From Balanoglossus misakiensis (Eukaryota; Animalia; Hemichordata), in the NCBI GenBank assembly GCA_040954595.2, contig CM082581.2, forward strand, positions 4,642,699 to 4,706,698: a stretch of 64,000 bases of DNA. Reading direction: 5' to 3'. Each line of letters begins with the position of its first letter. Position 1 is the stretch's first letter. The notes beneath the pieces were generated by a model. The model saw nothing but the letters and a program-made list of their open reading frames with translations. It had not been told where the DNA came from and did not search any database. Made by a program: the position numbers and the translations under genes. Shown here piece after piece: positions 34,890-49,633 of this stretch.

Positions 34890-35947
34890 CTCGACCAGAG
34901 AAACGTAATTACATGTATCTTCAACGGGCGAAGAGTTTGAAAATCAACTTAATATTGGTGCATCCGTCACCAGCGATTTCTCGGGCATTTGTGAAGCAAT
35001 TTTTGAACAACTTGGCCTGAGTATGGTGCCCTAATGGTCTGTCCATACACGCCTCATGTTTTCACGAAACAATCTCATTACAAAATATTGGGTGCGAAAC
35101 TTAACAGACAAACTGATGATGATATCCAATACCGTACGGATGTCCTCGCCGTTCAAAATCTTTTGGTATATCTTTCCTGGGGGTGTTTTGTTGCTAAATC
35201 GGATTATATTATATATATTAAAAAAAAAACGTTCTAGTGTGCAAACACTGTTGCTAAGCCTATTAATTATACAAGGTCTTACCATGTCATACCATTTCTC
35301 GCAAATGTCGGTATGAATATTGCATTTCCCATGATATAACATCAGCCCACATTTATTCTACATAAATATATATTGCCTCATTTCACATGTTAGATGCGAT
35401 TCGATAATATAGGTGAAGCTACTTCATCGCAAGCTTTATTATGTCGGCATACAGAATAACATAATATGTGCTTCTGTTGCGCCTGTGCGCAAATTGTAGT
35501 GGATCTATGAACCATGGTACCACGGTGTGCAACCTGGGGCGATAGAGTCAGGACCAGCAGCTGTTGTGGCATTTACAGTACTTTTAAGAATAACTGCCTA
35601 ACGTCTTCTTCTGTACTGTTAAACATTTGTTCACCATGGGAGTTTAACGTTTCTCCTGCCAATCATTCAGATCTTGACTAAAATCACGTCGATTATCAAA
35701 CATGTTTTTAGAAGAAATTCATTTCGCTAACATAGCTGACGTAAAGATGTGTTCGAAATATTGTTTCTTCCGGCATAATCACTAATGGGTGTCATTGAAG
35801 CCAATACACGTCTCGTATGATTTCCTCTAAAATGTTCTTCTAATTTCCTCCTGTCCTTAGCCTTCTCAATCCTGATGATATGTTTGATCTACCTCTGCCT
35901 TCTTTTATTTGACCTTTATCCTTCTTCGCGTATACATGTATACGCTT

Positions 35948-36433
35948 TGTATGTATGTATGTATGTATGTATGTATGTATGTATGTATGTATGTATGTAT
36001 GTATGTATGTATGTATGTATGTATGTATGTATGTATGTATGTATGTATGTATGTATGTATGTATGTATGTATGTATGTATGTATGTATGTATGTATGTAT
36101 GTATGTATGTATGTATGTATGTATGTATGTATGTATGTATGTATGTATGTATGTATGTATGTATGTATGTATGTATGTATGTATGTATGTATGTATGTAT
36201 GTATGTATGTATGTATGTATGTATGTATGTATGTATGTATGTATGTATGTATGTATGTATGTATGTATGTATGTATGTATGTATGTATGTATGTATGTAT
36301 GTATGTATGTATGTATGTATGTATGTATGTATGTATGTATGTATGTATGTATGTATGTATGTATGTATGTATGTATGTATGTATGTATGTATGTATGTAT
36401 GTATGTATGTATGTATGTATGTATGTATGTATG

Positions 36434-36464
<31 letters not shown>

Positions 36465-36553
36465 GTATGTATGTATGTATGTATGTATGTATGTATGTAT
36501 GTATGTATGTATGTATGTATGTATGTATGTGTGTGTGTGTGGGGGGGGGGGGG
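35948..36553. repeat. (ATGT)n microsatellite of about 580 bp ending in (GT)n and a G-run
   Basis: Direct reading. It produces the spurious MYVC/YIHT ORFs. Confidence 0.98.
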
Positions 36554-37119
36554 TTCTGTATACACGTAATCTCAAGAGCGCCTGAACGGACTCAAATCAA
36601 ATTTGGTACACGGTATCTTATTGCTGATATCATCCACATTAGAATTAGCATCGTGGATGTAATAGAAGACGCTGTTTGTTGAGACTGCAACTGATATTAC
36701 GAGCAACAGGATAGTTTTACATAATGCTATCAAATAATGCGCTGCATCCATCCCCGGTAGTATCGAACACAAACTAGCATTCGAAAAATAACGAAATTAC
36801 ACCAGAACTTGAGACGAGCAGTAGGCCGTGCCGCCGCACAGAGCAGCGCCACCAAACATCCTGACTGCATGTGTAACAACGATGATGATCTTTTTGAACT
36901 CGGTATGTGACAAGTCATAATTCTCTAAGCTACACGTGTACTTAACTCGGGGTTTTTATCCCCCTCTCCTAAGTTTGCAGTTGACGTTGCTGTCATGGTA
37001 ATTTCACGAATAATATCACATGTCTCTAAATTATTAAAACGTTGAGACGCAAAGAGTAACGTGTATCTACTGCACGTTTAGACTAATTAGATCCTATCAA
37101 AAACGGTTAAGTCAACCTA

Positions 37120-37900
37120 CCTTCCATTAGTCGACCTATTCCACAATCTCACCACATTTCTTCCTTGCCGAGCAGCAATTCCAATGCATGTCTATAGTGC
37201 TGTTGTAGAGACGACCCGACGTCCATAAATGACGGATTGCCCCTTTCCGGATAAGATCGCATTTCCAGGAGGAACACGAACCCCCGATTGTAAATTGATA
37301 ATCTAAGATAGGCACCGCGCAAGAATGAGAACGGCTGAGGATGTATTAAACCTCAGAAAAAAATCTCCGAATGTTTTTTTTTTATTCCTAGCGCAGCGAC
37401 TACAGCATTTCATATCGACTATAACACCACACGTTAGGACGGTTATACTTTTAGGTTATATGTATAGAATAGAACAGAATATTTGCTTTCTCGGACAGTA
37501 TCAATTTGGTATTTATAACAATTCGCCATCTTCCGATCAGTCTTTGTAATTGCCTCAACTTTCAGCTCAGGGAAGAATATCATCTGCATACATATATTAA
37601 TGAGAGACGCGACAACTGGAACACCCAACCGAAGATCATGTATCTCGATTGCTAAATCATTAATAAACCACGACAACAGAGCCGGGAAAATGTCTCCTTG
37701 TCTAACACCATTAAGATGACTTGTCGCAAAGCAAGGTGAGTGGGTGCTATTATCATTAATGCAGGAGAGAGAGACCCGCTGTATAGATGTGATTGCTTCT
37801 CCCGAAGTGCCTATTTATGTAACTGTTCAGCAGAATGTAAAGAAAAACTTAGTATCAATCCATTAAAAGCCTTTTCATGTCCACAAAAGCCCAAGAATGT
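37120..37900 (-). mobile_element. Decayed non-LTR retrotransposon (LINE) reverse-transcriptase fragment
   Basis: Minus-strand remnants in canonical order, with frameshifts: AFVDM.KAFN (about 37862-37890), GVRQGD (37692-37709), FINDL, MYADDI (about 37576-37593), YKY, VRLWNR (about 37135-37155). Confidence 0.8.
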
Positions 37901-40900
37901 ATAGACAGACCATTTACAGCAGTTTATATTAAACAAGTTTATATCAGTCCAACCGAAAGTCGACATGCTTGAGCTGTTTCTGTTCCTATAGACGGACAGA
38001 ATAACACAAATTAGTGTTGACAGAACGGGTTCAGAAAAGCGAGAAAGTGTCGTGTGTTTTGCTCATATGTTTTGAGAACTACGCCTATCATTTAGAATGC
38101 CAGATTAGAGCTTACGGACCCGAGACACAAGGTTGGTGTCAATCCAGTTCAATGTAACTTATGGGTCAAAGAATTATACTTGATTAATGCTTTACAGCCA
38201 ATGGATGCCTGTTGTGCCCAAAGTAAAACAGAACAACAGGCATAGTACATTTTCTTTGACATGATTGTAAAGAAAGTCAAGCGTTGTAAGTGCGTTAGTC
38301 GCGACCATGGAAAAACGGCTACCATAATGGATAGTTTCAAAACACTGATCATACATATTTTGCCGCCAATTTATGTGAATTTTGATTCAGACATTTCCGA
38401 GTAGTGACTTCTGATTGCAAAGGACGAGTATAAAATTCTCCTGCAATGATTTTCAGATACATGTATGTATGGATGAATTATCTGTGTGCCACGCCCTACA
38501 ACCCTTCTGATGGTTAAACTTTGCTGTGGCCAATTTGTATACGAATTGACCGAATCAATATCCCCAGTTATAGTCAGCATCAGCGAAGAGTACCGTGATT
38601 GCTGCATCATTATGCATCGAAGAATATTTGTACAAAAACAAACTTTATTACAGTCATATTTCAGAGATTGCTCATGTACCAAAGATAATTACCTATTACA
38701 ATTATCTCCAAGTGAAAACCACAGACAATTACATGAAAATGAACACGTTTTGTCAATAAGCGTAAATCTATCGTTTGCCAAATAATGCGGAAAATGGCTG
38801 CTTGTTCAGCGTGGCGCAAGAGGACGGTAATAATCACACTCTGCCGTGCAAAGCTATATTTTGACTTGTCGACCAAAAAAGAGCTCAGTTTGAGAAACTC
38901 GACCCCTCTTTTGGTGTGTACATATAGATGAAGTGTCCTGGAATAGAAAACAACCTATGCTTGATAGTGCCACAACTCGCTTGCGAATGTAACATTCAGT
39001 CCGTTTATATCATGTTAAGACTCGGTAACGATGTGCCCTTTGCAGATATCTACATGTACACTCACATTTAAAGTGCTCTGTTTAGAATTCCAACAGCATG
39101 TTGTACCTGCCGTAATTTGTTTGCACTGTATTAAAAGGCGAGGCATTTACGTGGGGAGTTCCAAAGAAACGAGACTAAACCGTACCAAGTTAATCACATA
39201 AAACAAGAAATCACCTGCGTTTATGATACACTTTGAAAAAATCGAATCACTTCTGAACATAAAGAAAACGGATTAACAGAGGCTGTGTCATTTCAGTTGT
39301 CTGATAAAGACTGGGGAATGGAATAACGTTGAGGTTCTGAATATTTTATTTGGACATGGTGTGACGCGTTTTGATGTAGTGTGATGTGATATGAAGAGAT
39401 GAGGTGCAATTCGATGTGATGTGATGTGATGTGATGTGACGCGTTGTACGGTGGTATGCTGTGCTTTGCTGTACTCTGTGTGGAGTATATACTATAGTAG
39501 CTAAGTAGAATGGTGGAATGGACGTCGACTGACATGATGTAGGCCTAGTATGGTGATTGAAGAGAAGAGGAATTGAATGTGAAAGGATGATTTAAGAAAC
39601 CTTTTAGCACGTCTGTTATGAAATTACGTCGTATAAGAAATATATACAGGACAAATGGTGTAATGGGACGTGGTTTGGTGTTTTCTGCCGTGTGCATGCA
39701 GTTAAGTGCCATTTGGTGTTGCACGGTGGTTTGATGTACGACACAGTATAAGCACATATGTAACACAACTTTTTGTGCTCCCGCAAAATGGCAAAACATC
39801 ATTTCAATTGCTTAATTATGCCCTAAGATTACGATATAGTATATGATTATCGTCAGAATGCCAGTAACCAAACTAAAACAGCGAATGCTAGCGACAATAA
39901 ACATAGTTTTTTTTTATCAGAGATGTTAGGCTTGATACGAGTGCTCAACGCCCCAGTGATTTTGTAACCGCCACTACTTATAAGGAGCTCTTTTGGAAAG
40001 ACAATACTGTTTGGTGTAGTGGGTTTTTGGAGCGAAAATCCTTTAAATTAATTGGATAGCACAAATGGATGACGTTGGCAATTAAAAGTACCTTTAAACA
40101 AAGCAGGGTACTGAAGGTTCGATGTGGCCTTGTATGAACGGATCATACCAAAGCATTTTCAGGCTCCCACTTCTTATACAGTGTTGTCGTTACATCCGTT
40201 CGGAATCGCGGGACATTGTATACGAGACCAAACGTTAGGACAAATGCTGCTGATTGTATACGATTGAATGTCCGCAGAATTTCAAATCTCCTCTCATTGT
40301 ATGTCATCGGTGGCCGTGAAATGCGAACCTAAATTACAAAAAAGACCAAGTAACATGCTTGTAATCACATCTCCATATACAGCGTGGACGTGGGCAGTAT
40401 GCCAGGTTTTATTTCCAACACATGATTTTAAGTACAGTACATGACTTACAAAGTATTTTGTGTTTCAAGCAAATCTTATAAAAGAGATCTACAATTTCCA
40501 TGGTAACACCGGCATATGTGACCCGTTAGCCCTCATTATACAGGAATTTTAGAACAGAACATCGTTAATAATGACAAAATGTTTCCAATGGTACAATCAC
40601 ATTGTTCATATATAAAATATCGCAAATGACAATTTTAGGACAAAACTACCACTCTTGATCGGTGCAACAGGTAATTTATAATTTTGAAAACGTGTATTTA
40701 TGAAATAGTTCTAATTATGACATGTATCAGTGTACACAAAGAAATTTCTCAAGCACTGTGCCAGCCATTAATATTCCATTGAGTGTTATTATGATTGAAT
40801 GTACAGCTCAAAAACATAAGTACAGCATAATAAATAACCTGCCCATAACAATCGTTCGTATAATTTCGTTTTTCGATTCCCAGTTATAATTCAACGTTAT

Positions 40901-41714
40901 TTCCCATTGCCTATAGTCGGTTTTGAATCCATTATACACTGTCTGTGCAATTGCATGTTTATGATTTAACGACCAACTCAATTTCAGTACACGATCGCAC
41001 ATATACAGTAGAGATCACATTCGAACTGTTACTATGGAGGCATCGTAAATTATTTTGTGATATGATTTTCACATTTAATAAGGCTTTATCTGCGTTCATG
41101 TACATCCATGCTATCCTGTGTGGCGACTCCTCACTGGAGTAACCAAGCCGTCTACACACACCGTTGAGAATGCTAGTGAGAACACCTGAATATAGTAGTT
41201 CTTAACGACAATGGTTAAGGTAGTTGACTACTCAGAATTTAATATATTGTCATTTTCCTGATTTTATATGTATTGTATATCAATCACTTTTAAATACAAA
41301 AATAAAGAGAACACAGGGTGTTCCCATCCTACTTTTCCAGTAATGGGTCTCAAATATTGTAGATTATGCTGAGTCAGCACTTTTCTCGCACTCCTAATGT
41401 TATAGATTTCCTGTGGTGAAAATATCTGAACAGCGCTATCAGCATAGTGATATAGACTATAAGTGTTTATATTACTAAATGCCCCTTTTAGCACCTTTTG
41501 TGAAACATTCAAGAAAATGACAATATTGTAACATATGGAATGTGGTAACCATGCACTGCATCTGGGTAGTCTACTACCTTAAACAGAAACAGCTGCCACT
41601 GAACTACGTTGTATACAAGGTATAGGCAATTGTTTATTTAATGACTTGTGGCTTTCCCGTCTCATAAGGGTGACTTTCCAATATAAAACATTGGAAACGT
41701 CTCGGGTACTACTG

Positions 41715-42833
41715 CTACACCTCCGATTGGTTGCGATTGTCGGAGCACGATGTCCGATTGGTGGATCCACTGATATGTTGAGCCGATGAGTCACCTGGCG
41801 CTCGCGATCGGCGACACTTCGCTATGGAGTTGAAGACCCCGGCATACTCCTCCCGAAAGGCGTCGTGCATGAGGCCGTAAAAGAACGGGTTCACGCAGGT
41901 CGTTGTCATCGCAACGGCGTGGAATACATGATAAAACAAGCTCATGTTCTCGTTGTCAACCAACTTGAAATCAAAGTTCGAGACGAGAATCCAGATATTG
42001 ATGGGCAGCCACCCGATGGCGAATATGATGATGACGGCGACCAGCATTTTCGTGGTTTTCAGCTTCCTTCTCGTGTCCGTCACCTGCTGGCTCTCAGTGC
42101 GCACGCCCGGCACCACGCGCCGGTTCATGTGCAGCAGGATGCGCAGGTACGATATGCCGATGATCAGCAGCGGCAACACGCACTGCAGGAGAAACATCAC
42201 GATGTCATAAACCCCCTTCTCGGTTGTGCTCCGCCACTGCTCCGAGCACTTGACGACCTGGAACAGCCCCGGAATGGCGATCACCTCTATCCTGGAGAAG
42301 AATCCGATGGGCATGGCCAGGCAAGCGGAAACGATCCAGATGGCGATGACCACAAAGAAACTGGCTTGCACCGAGATCCTCGTCTTCATGGGGCGCACCA
42401 CAACGTAGTACCTGTCAACCGCAATGAGCGTCAGCGTCAAGGTGGACACGCAGACGGACAGAATCTGGACAGCCGGCACGAAGTTGCACATAAAACCTCC
42501 AAATATCCAGTTGTCCTGAAACGACGCGGCCAACGTGAACGGCAAACAGAGCACGCATACAGTCACGTCACTCACAGCAAGATTTCCTATGAAGACGTAC
42601 GTGGCCGTGTGCATCTTCTTGCTTCTGAGGATGGCGAAGATCACCAGAAGATTGCCGAGTATGCCGAAGATGATGATAAGAGAATTCACAATGATGATGA
42701 TGTATTTGAAGGCCGGGGCCTTGTGTCTCTCACTGAACAGACTGTTCTGCAGCGCGTCGAGGTAATCTTCGTGCCCATGGAAACCGTAATCGAAGCTTCC
42801 TTGAGAGTTCGTGTCTGAGGAATTCGTGTCCAT
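41715..42833 (-). CDS. Class A neuropeptide GPCR, NPY / prolactin-releasing peptide / sNPF receptor-like, 372 aa, single-exon CDS
   Basis: GILGNLLV, FIGNLAVSD..C.LC.PFTL, W.FG..MC, VSTLTLTLIAVDRY, C.E.W in ECL2, KTTKML, WLP, HAVAM...CVNPFFYG...FR. A 5'UTR splice acceptor (ttatatattgcag) lies at about 42867. Confidence 0.92.
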   Translation of the reverse strand: MDTNSSDTNSQGSFDYGFHGHEDYLDALQNSLFSERHKAPAFKYIIIIVNSLIIIFGILGNLLVIFAILRSKKMHTATYVFIGNLAVSDVTVCVLCLPFTLAASFQDNWIFGGFMCNFVPAVQILSVCVSTLTLTLIAVDRYYVVVRPMKTRISVQASFFVVIAIWIVSACLAMPIGFFSRIEVIAIPGLFQVVKCSEQWRSTTEKGVYDIVMFLLQCVLPLLIIGISYLRILLHMNRRVVPGVRTESQQVTDTRRKLKTTKMLVAVIIIFAIGWLPINIWILVSNFDFKLVDNENMSLFYHVFHAVAMTTTCVNPFFYGLMHDAFREEYAGVFNSIAKCRRSRAPGDSSAQHISGSTNRTSCSDNRNQSEV

Positions 42834-45800
42834 TGTTGAAACCCGGTGACAACGTTACGTTGTTAACTGCAATATATAAATAAAACATGACGGATATGAT
42901 AAAAAAACCCAGAATAATCTGACACACGGTGTTTATGTGTAATTTAGTGTGTTTCGCTTAAGATTTCCTGTGATATTACACTTTTGGGAATACTAGTACC
43001 CTTCCATGACATTTGCCAACGGGATGGAATTATTGTCTTACAATCTTTTGCAACAACAACTACATGGCCCTCAGATTCCGTCATATACAAAACCATAAAA
43101 CACACAAACTTGAATCAGTTAGCTAATATACAGAAAGCATTTAATAGCGGGCAGTTTTACGGTTTAACGGACCGATAACTTCAATCGGTAATCCCTGTAA
43201 TTACACGTGTTCATTCTACTGGTGCGTCGGATTATTCTCCATTTGACATGTTGAAGATTATTGACAGAATGTAATTAAGGTATTATTTCCGACAGCACCG
43301 TTCGTAAAGCTCTGTCAAATTCCTACAAAAAAACAACACTTTGACAAGAAGACGAATTTCACTGCTCTAATGCTCGGCGAACCTAATTCTGTGGAAACGG
43401 ATAGAATACTATTGAAGCATGGTGATGTCTAATTCTCCCCAGAGTGTTGGCAATCCATTTCAAGAAATTCAAAAAACACTCCCAACATCACAAGTATATT
43501 TGTTATAAGCAAATGACATAAGGGCACGTTTTTAGTCGTAGGGTTAGACAAGCCCACTAGTCGCTTGGCCTTCAGTTTTGTTCCTTATATTATTTACATG
43601 TATAAAGATTCTTTCTTTATTGACGTGTTCGCCGTCACTGTACTTATTACTAGTATCTTGCGTAGGCTCGTTTGCCTTGGGTGAGATTCGGTACTGAGCC
43701 TCGGTTACTGTTCGCCTATGCGGTCTACGACTTACGAGTTCACTTAAAAACAAGCTATATTATATGTAACTCTGGACAATAAATAACACACACCTTCTTA
43801 CAACCCAAATTTATACTGTTTTCCCTCCGCCACATCACTTGGTTAGAGACAGTGTACAGACTGTGTCCTCAGGAGAATCATTATCTACGTACATTGGGGA
43901 ATAATACAGTAATCACTGCATGGTAAGATGAACGGATGGTTGAATGAGTGAGCCAGGCTGTACAATTACAAGCACTGTGTGGTATTTGGCATTCATGGGG
44001 TTGTCTACAGTTGAAATCAATTTCGTGCGTGAATTCAGAGATTTCGTTGCGTATGTTAGCTTGAAAACAGAATCTTTTTCATCGTTCCAGAGTCTCCGAA
44101 ACCCCGTGCGGATATAATAAGCCTTGTTATTGCGCACGGTTAATGTTCTTCTTGTGCGTAACATTTGCAACATTATTACTCGCATGTTGTATACGTGACA
44201 TTACTCAGAAAATATCACTCAATAGGGAAATGAAGATCTTGGGTAATTCAAAACAATCCTAGTGCCGTGTTGTGTTATGGATGAGAGCGCATTCAGCTCA
44301 AGACAGTAATGTTCGATGATCGCGGCGCCGAAAGGTAAATCTCAACTAGTCCACGTGAGTGCGAAGCGGCCTTAAACCCAAATCGTAAACGCTGTATCGA
44401 TCAATTCTATTTGCTTGCGGGTGGAGATACCTTCGTCGTTCAAGGTAGAGAGAAAAAAAGCGAAAAACAACCAGTGATACTTCTGGTAAATGGAAACCTG
44501 CGGAAGCTATGGAGTAATTGAATTTTAACGAATGCCGAAATTGGGAGGTAAACGAGAGACAACGTTGATTACAGCCCGTTCCCGGCAGGACTTGCCGCTT
44601 GCCTCTGATGTGGGCATAATTACTCCCTGTGGTTCTAGATACGACCTTCGTTCAACGCGCAATCGCTTTCTACTCCATCCGGAAGCCCACGGCAGACCAT
44701 TGTGAGCTATGCATGGCACAGTTCACATTATAAAATAACGTTTTTTCTCACTCTCTCTCTTAAATCAGACTGCACACACATTTCTGACGAATGTATATGC
44801 AAAGTGCCAACTGTTGCTTTAGTGGCCATCCCTGGCGTTCCCGGGAGTCCGTGCATTAAGGCTTTGACAACTGCACAGAAAGATAATCGTCATTTGTTTT
44901 GACAGGGTCCTCGCGAGTTGCTTAACCTTGCAGTCGAGTACTAGTGGTAACCCAAGAGTTCACGAACCTGCCGCGAGAATTTTCTGACAAATCTACATGT
45001 ACGTGTAAGTATAGGCAAAGCATTACTGTCACGGGAGTATTAGCTTGTTGAATAAAGATTAGCGACCTCTTAATTCAATCTACTCCAAAATGCACTTGAT
45101 TCCATCTAGAAACTAAACTACTCAGAGAGAACTCACAACGGAAAATAAGTTGTAATTTTTGAATAAGCTTAACGGTGAACAGTGTGGTCTGTTCGAAACT
45201 CTAACAAACAACTCACGAATGCTTATTAACTCCACAAAATCGCTCATGGCCTACCAATTATATCTGAAACTGAAAACAAGCTGTGGGTTTCAGTTTCTTG
45301 TCACGAACATTTACAAAAGCACTTGATTTTTAATTACATTTCATCAGAAAGCTTTTTCCTAGAACTTGGACGTATTAAGTAATCGTATTACGTTCAGAAG
45401 ACGTTGGGAGAATTTCCAGCTGCAAGTATCGATGTCTAATTGAAATATTTTACTTCATCAAAATATTGAAAGCTGCAGTGTGAAAAATAACATTGAATGA
45501 CATCGTTTGTGGGGTATTTTTTTTCCAATAGAATGGTCTCCATGCAGGAAATCTGGAATGTTCAGTTTTGCAACTGAAAAGGATTCGAGCGGCGCTGCTC
45601 TTTGACTCATGACATTTAAGTGAGCACACAAAGCCAAGTTTGCTGGAAATGTTTTACTATTTCCTGGCTCTCAAGAAGTGTATAATTTGATTTGGTCTAT
45701 GCGTTGGGTGTTTGGGCGTGCAGTACTGCGCAATGACGCATTCGAGATTAGTTGAACAGCAGAAATTTCAGTCATTGTTCCCAGTGAGTGGACAATCTGA

Positions 45801-48800
45801 CCTTATAGATGGTTGGTCAGATTGGAATATTAATTTTTAAGTAAATGTACTGCATATAATGGGAAGGGGTTGTCGCGCCGCGTGGGTGTACCCTTTGACG
45901 AGAATATGCCCACCCATACCAGAGCAAACCCCACTGCAGTCGCCACGAACTACCAGGATCTTCAGTTGCTGTCATGCCCAGTCTACGCTGCGGTTGGCTG
46001 CTTCGTTCGTTTTAAAGACTGTTCTTATTTGAGGGTTTGTGGATGAATTATAATGTTTACACACAAACAAACGCGGCGCGACGACCTCCTTCACTTTACC
46101 AAGCCTTTATGATTTATGTGGGTATTGAAAGTTATCATTGATTCGCAATATTGTACTGGACGTGATCAATTGCAGTTCCCAGTCATGTCGCAGATCTTAT
46201 CAGATTGTTGGAAATTACGGGCTGCTGTTTGTCTATTATCTGTCGTTAACCGTTAACCATGTTTTGTGTTCAGGTCTCAGAGGGCGATTTAAGTCAGGCG
46301 TGTTTAATTTGTTCTGAAATTTGCAACATTGTGATTTGGGGCAATTTTGGTGAAAACATGGTACGGTTATTTCCCTCCGGATGACACGATTCAGATGTCG
46401 TTCGAGCTGTGACAAAATCTTTCATTTTATAGTTTAAGGCCATTCTGTATTATGAAAGCAATGTTGCCATTTTCTCAAAGATTACTAAGCAGCTGGAGTG
46501 CCCGAGTCTTTGAAATGTCTTATACAGATTAACGCTTCTATCAGAAACTGCTTGGTCAACATGTGCTATAACCTCTTCTCTTTAATTCCCACAAAGACGT
46601 GCGATTTTTAATTCATTTGCATTTAGAGATCACCATATGTTTATTCAAATAAACAAACACAGCATCTGTTGATTGTAACAGGTGTCACGTACAATGAGGG
46701 TGCTCTAACTATCCGACTCTGTGCATACACGCTGTTACCGGAGCCAGGTTTCAATTACCATCCCGATCGCTGCCTATTCTAGCACATTTGAATCGATACA
46801 ACTTCAATCTCCTCATGATCCTCAGGCGACAGATGAGAACATTTTGAATTTGTGGAGATTCTAGTACCCATATGCGCCATAGAAGTATGTTTGGCTACAA
46901 AATTATGTACACGTCTCCCTGATTGCAAACCCCATACACTCGTTCGTCAGAAAAGCTGTATTCCCTCGGGGGTACATCTTTCGAAAGCTATCCAATGAGC
47001 CATCTAACATTGGGTGAATATGCCTGACACGAAAAGCTGTTGTATTTTTTTCCGATTTGAAACACTCTCATCACAAACAAGAGCAAAATCAATATTTGTA
47101 ATCATAAATTTTTGCACGGATCATTAAAAAAATTACCATACGACTGAATTACAGATCGGTTGTCGTCAGACACCCAGAATTCATCACATTAATATCTTCA
47201 TAAAACATATTATATCTTTTGAAAAAATATCCAATATTCTAATGTACCTCGTGCTAATACTGTATCGTGATTCGCCAGAAGCCGTCACGTGGTAGGAAAA
47301 TAGAATCGACTATGAATCCCGAGGGAAATAGCAGAAAAAATATAAACCGGTCACGTGACCAACGTGTGTTCACAGTCTCGGGTTACGTCAATCAGCGTCG
47401 CGTCGTCCGACACAATGGCCACCGCTGAAGATGTCGTCTGTTCAATATTCCACACTACGTTTATCTGTGATGGTCACGATGAAGGTGCTGGAGATATTAA
47501 TTAGGACTAATTAAGTGCTCTAATCACTAATCACACGCAGTATCACGTAAATTTCACAAGCATGGCTTCCACGTTTTATCTTCGGTATATAGTTGTTGCC
47601 TAATTGAATTTATCAAATCAAATGTCGAACATTTTGTAAATTTGTTCAAAACATAAACGTCGACACGAAATGTTATGCCCAGTGCTTAGTATCACATGCG
47701 TGGGAAGGTGGGTAGGGGGAGGGTGGTAATAGCCACAGCAATACTGAAATGTGGGCGAGGGTGCAAAACATACCATTGCCTCGGCAAATTTTACCTACGC
47801 ATTTTGGGGGGGGGGGATAATTATCATAACAATTACACCAACGGATTCGTATTATATCATATATGATGTCAGATATCGACCGGCCTTGCAGGAAATGTAT
47901 TTCCTAATTCTACCACCAATGTTGCCACCACTGAGCATACAAACAGGTGTCAGCAACGAGAAATCCAGCAGCGCTGTGTTTCCGGGCTTCATACTCCATA
48001 CTTGACTAAAGCAAATGTTATTGTATGTTTGCCATTTATCTTTTTTTTAAAAGGTCACACGTTTAGTTCTAGCTACTTGCCAACTTACATGATTTAATGT
48101 ATTCAGACGAACACGCATCCAATCGTAAACATCTCTGTTTATGAATTAGATCCTCGCGATTAAATGCACCGACGCTCGCTTCAATTATTCACCATACTGC
48201 GTATATGGTCTTATGTTCGCTCCCCGCTGGCGCATGGAAACTGTTACAGGAAGCTACGAAGTCGTGATTTCATTTCGTGAAATACCACCACGCACGGTCG
48301 ACAATTCGATGAAAGTCAACGGAAAGGGATTGTCTGCGTTTGTACTGCTCGGCAAATACCGATAATCGAATATTGAAACCATTCAGATCGTTTTTAATGT
48401 ACGCAATTCTTTCAAATTGACGAAAAACCGTATGTATAAACAGTTCGGTATAACCGTGCTCTGATTCTAAACATTATGCTTGAAGTCTCTAATTGGTCAT
48501 TACACCAACCTTATCTATCTGACGAGGCAATGTAGGGAGAGTAAAGCCAAGTAGTTATGGAAACCTAGTTGCGTCAGTGGATGATCAGTCAGGTGAATGA
48601 TGAGTATTTTCCTTTATTATTGAAAACATATGATGCTTGCTTAGATGAAATAAGCTATGGTGCTCCAGTAATTTTTATCACTTTTTCCTTATCACGCTAC
48701 ATAGTTGATGTGCATTTCACTAACTTTGTTTGTTTGTTTGTGTGTTTGTTGCCCTCCCATCCGACTGTCCAACATATGCGACACCATTGTTATGCTAACA

Positions 48801-48996
48801 CAGTAACAAACATAGTAGACTGAGGCAAAAGAAATTCAGGTACTCTGCAGCAAAGAATAGAAACTTACTCCCCCATCACTCAAGCTCAATGTTTCTTTTC
48901 AAAATAAAAGAAAACGAAACAAAACGAGACATGAACAAACTATGCCATGGTATTTAATGTTTTTGAGGTTCTAGTTCACAATCGACGTTGACCTTC

Positions 48997-48997
48997 T

Positions 48998-49033
<36 letters not shown>

Positions 49034-49248
49034 CACACACAAACACACACACACATACATACATACACACATACATACATACATACATACATAAACACAC
49101 ACACATACATACATACACACATACATACATACATACATACATACATACATACATACATACATACATACATACATACATACATACATACATACATACATAC
49201 ATACATACATACATACATACATACATACATACATACATACATGTACAT

Positions 49249-49281
<33 letters not shown>

Positions 49282-49370
49282 TACATACATACATACATAC
49301 ATACATACATACATACATACATACATACATACATACATACATACATACATACATACATACATACATACAT

Positions 49371-49410
<40 letters not shown>

Positions 49411-49633
49411 ACATACATACATACATACATACATACATACATACATACATACATACATACATACATACATACATACATACATACATACATACATACATAC
49501 ATACATACATACATACATACATACATACATACATACATACATACATACATACATACATACATACATACATACATACATACATACATACATACATACATAC
49601 ATACATACATACATACATACATACATACATACA
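48997..49633. repeat. Compound microsatellite (ACAG)n-(AC)n-(ACAT)n
   Basis: Direct reading. Confidence 0.98.

Noticed and set aside
35840-36682. Long ORFs of MYVC/YIHT repeats (also at 48954-49658)
   Set aside because: They are translations of stop-free (ATGT)n microsatellites.
41865-42818. 317-aa plus-strand ORF (and similar overlapping ORFs at 33812-34366)
   Set aside because: Antisense or alternative-frame shadows of GPCR coding sequence caused by codon bias.
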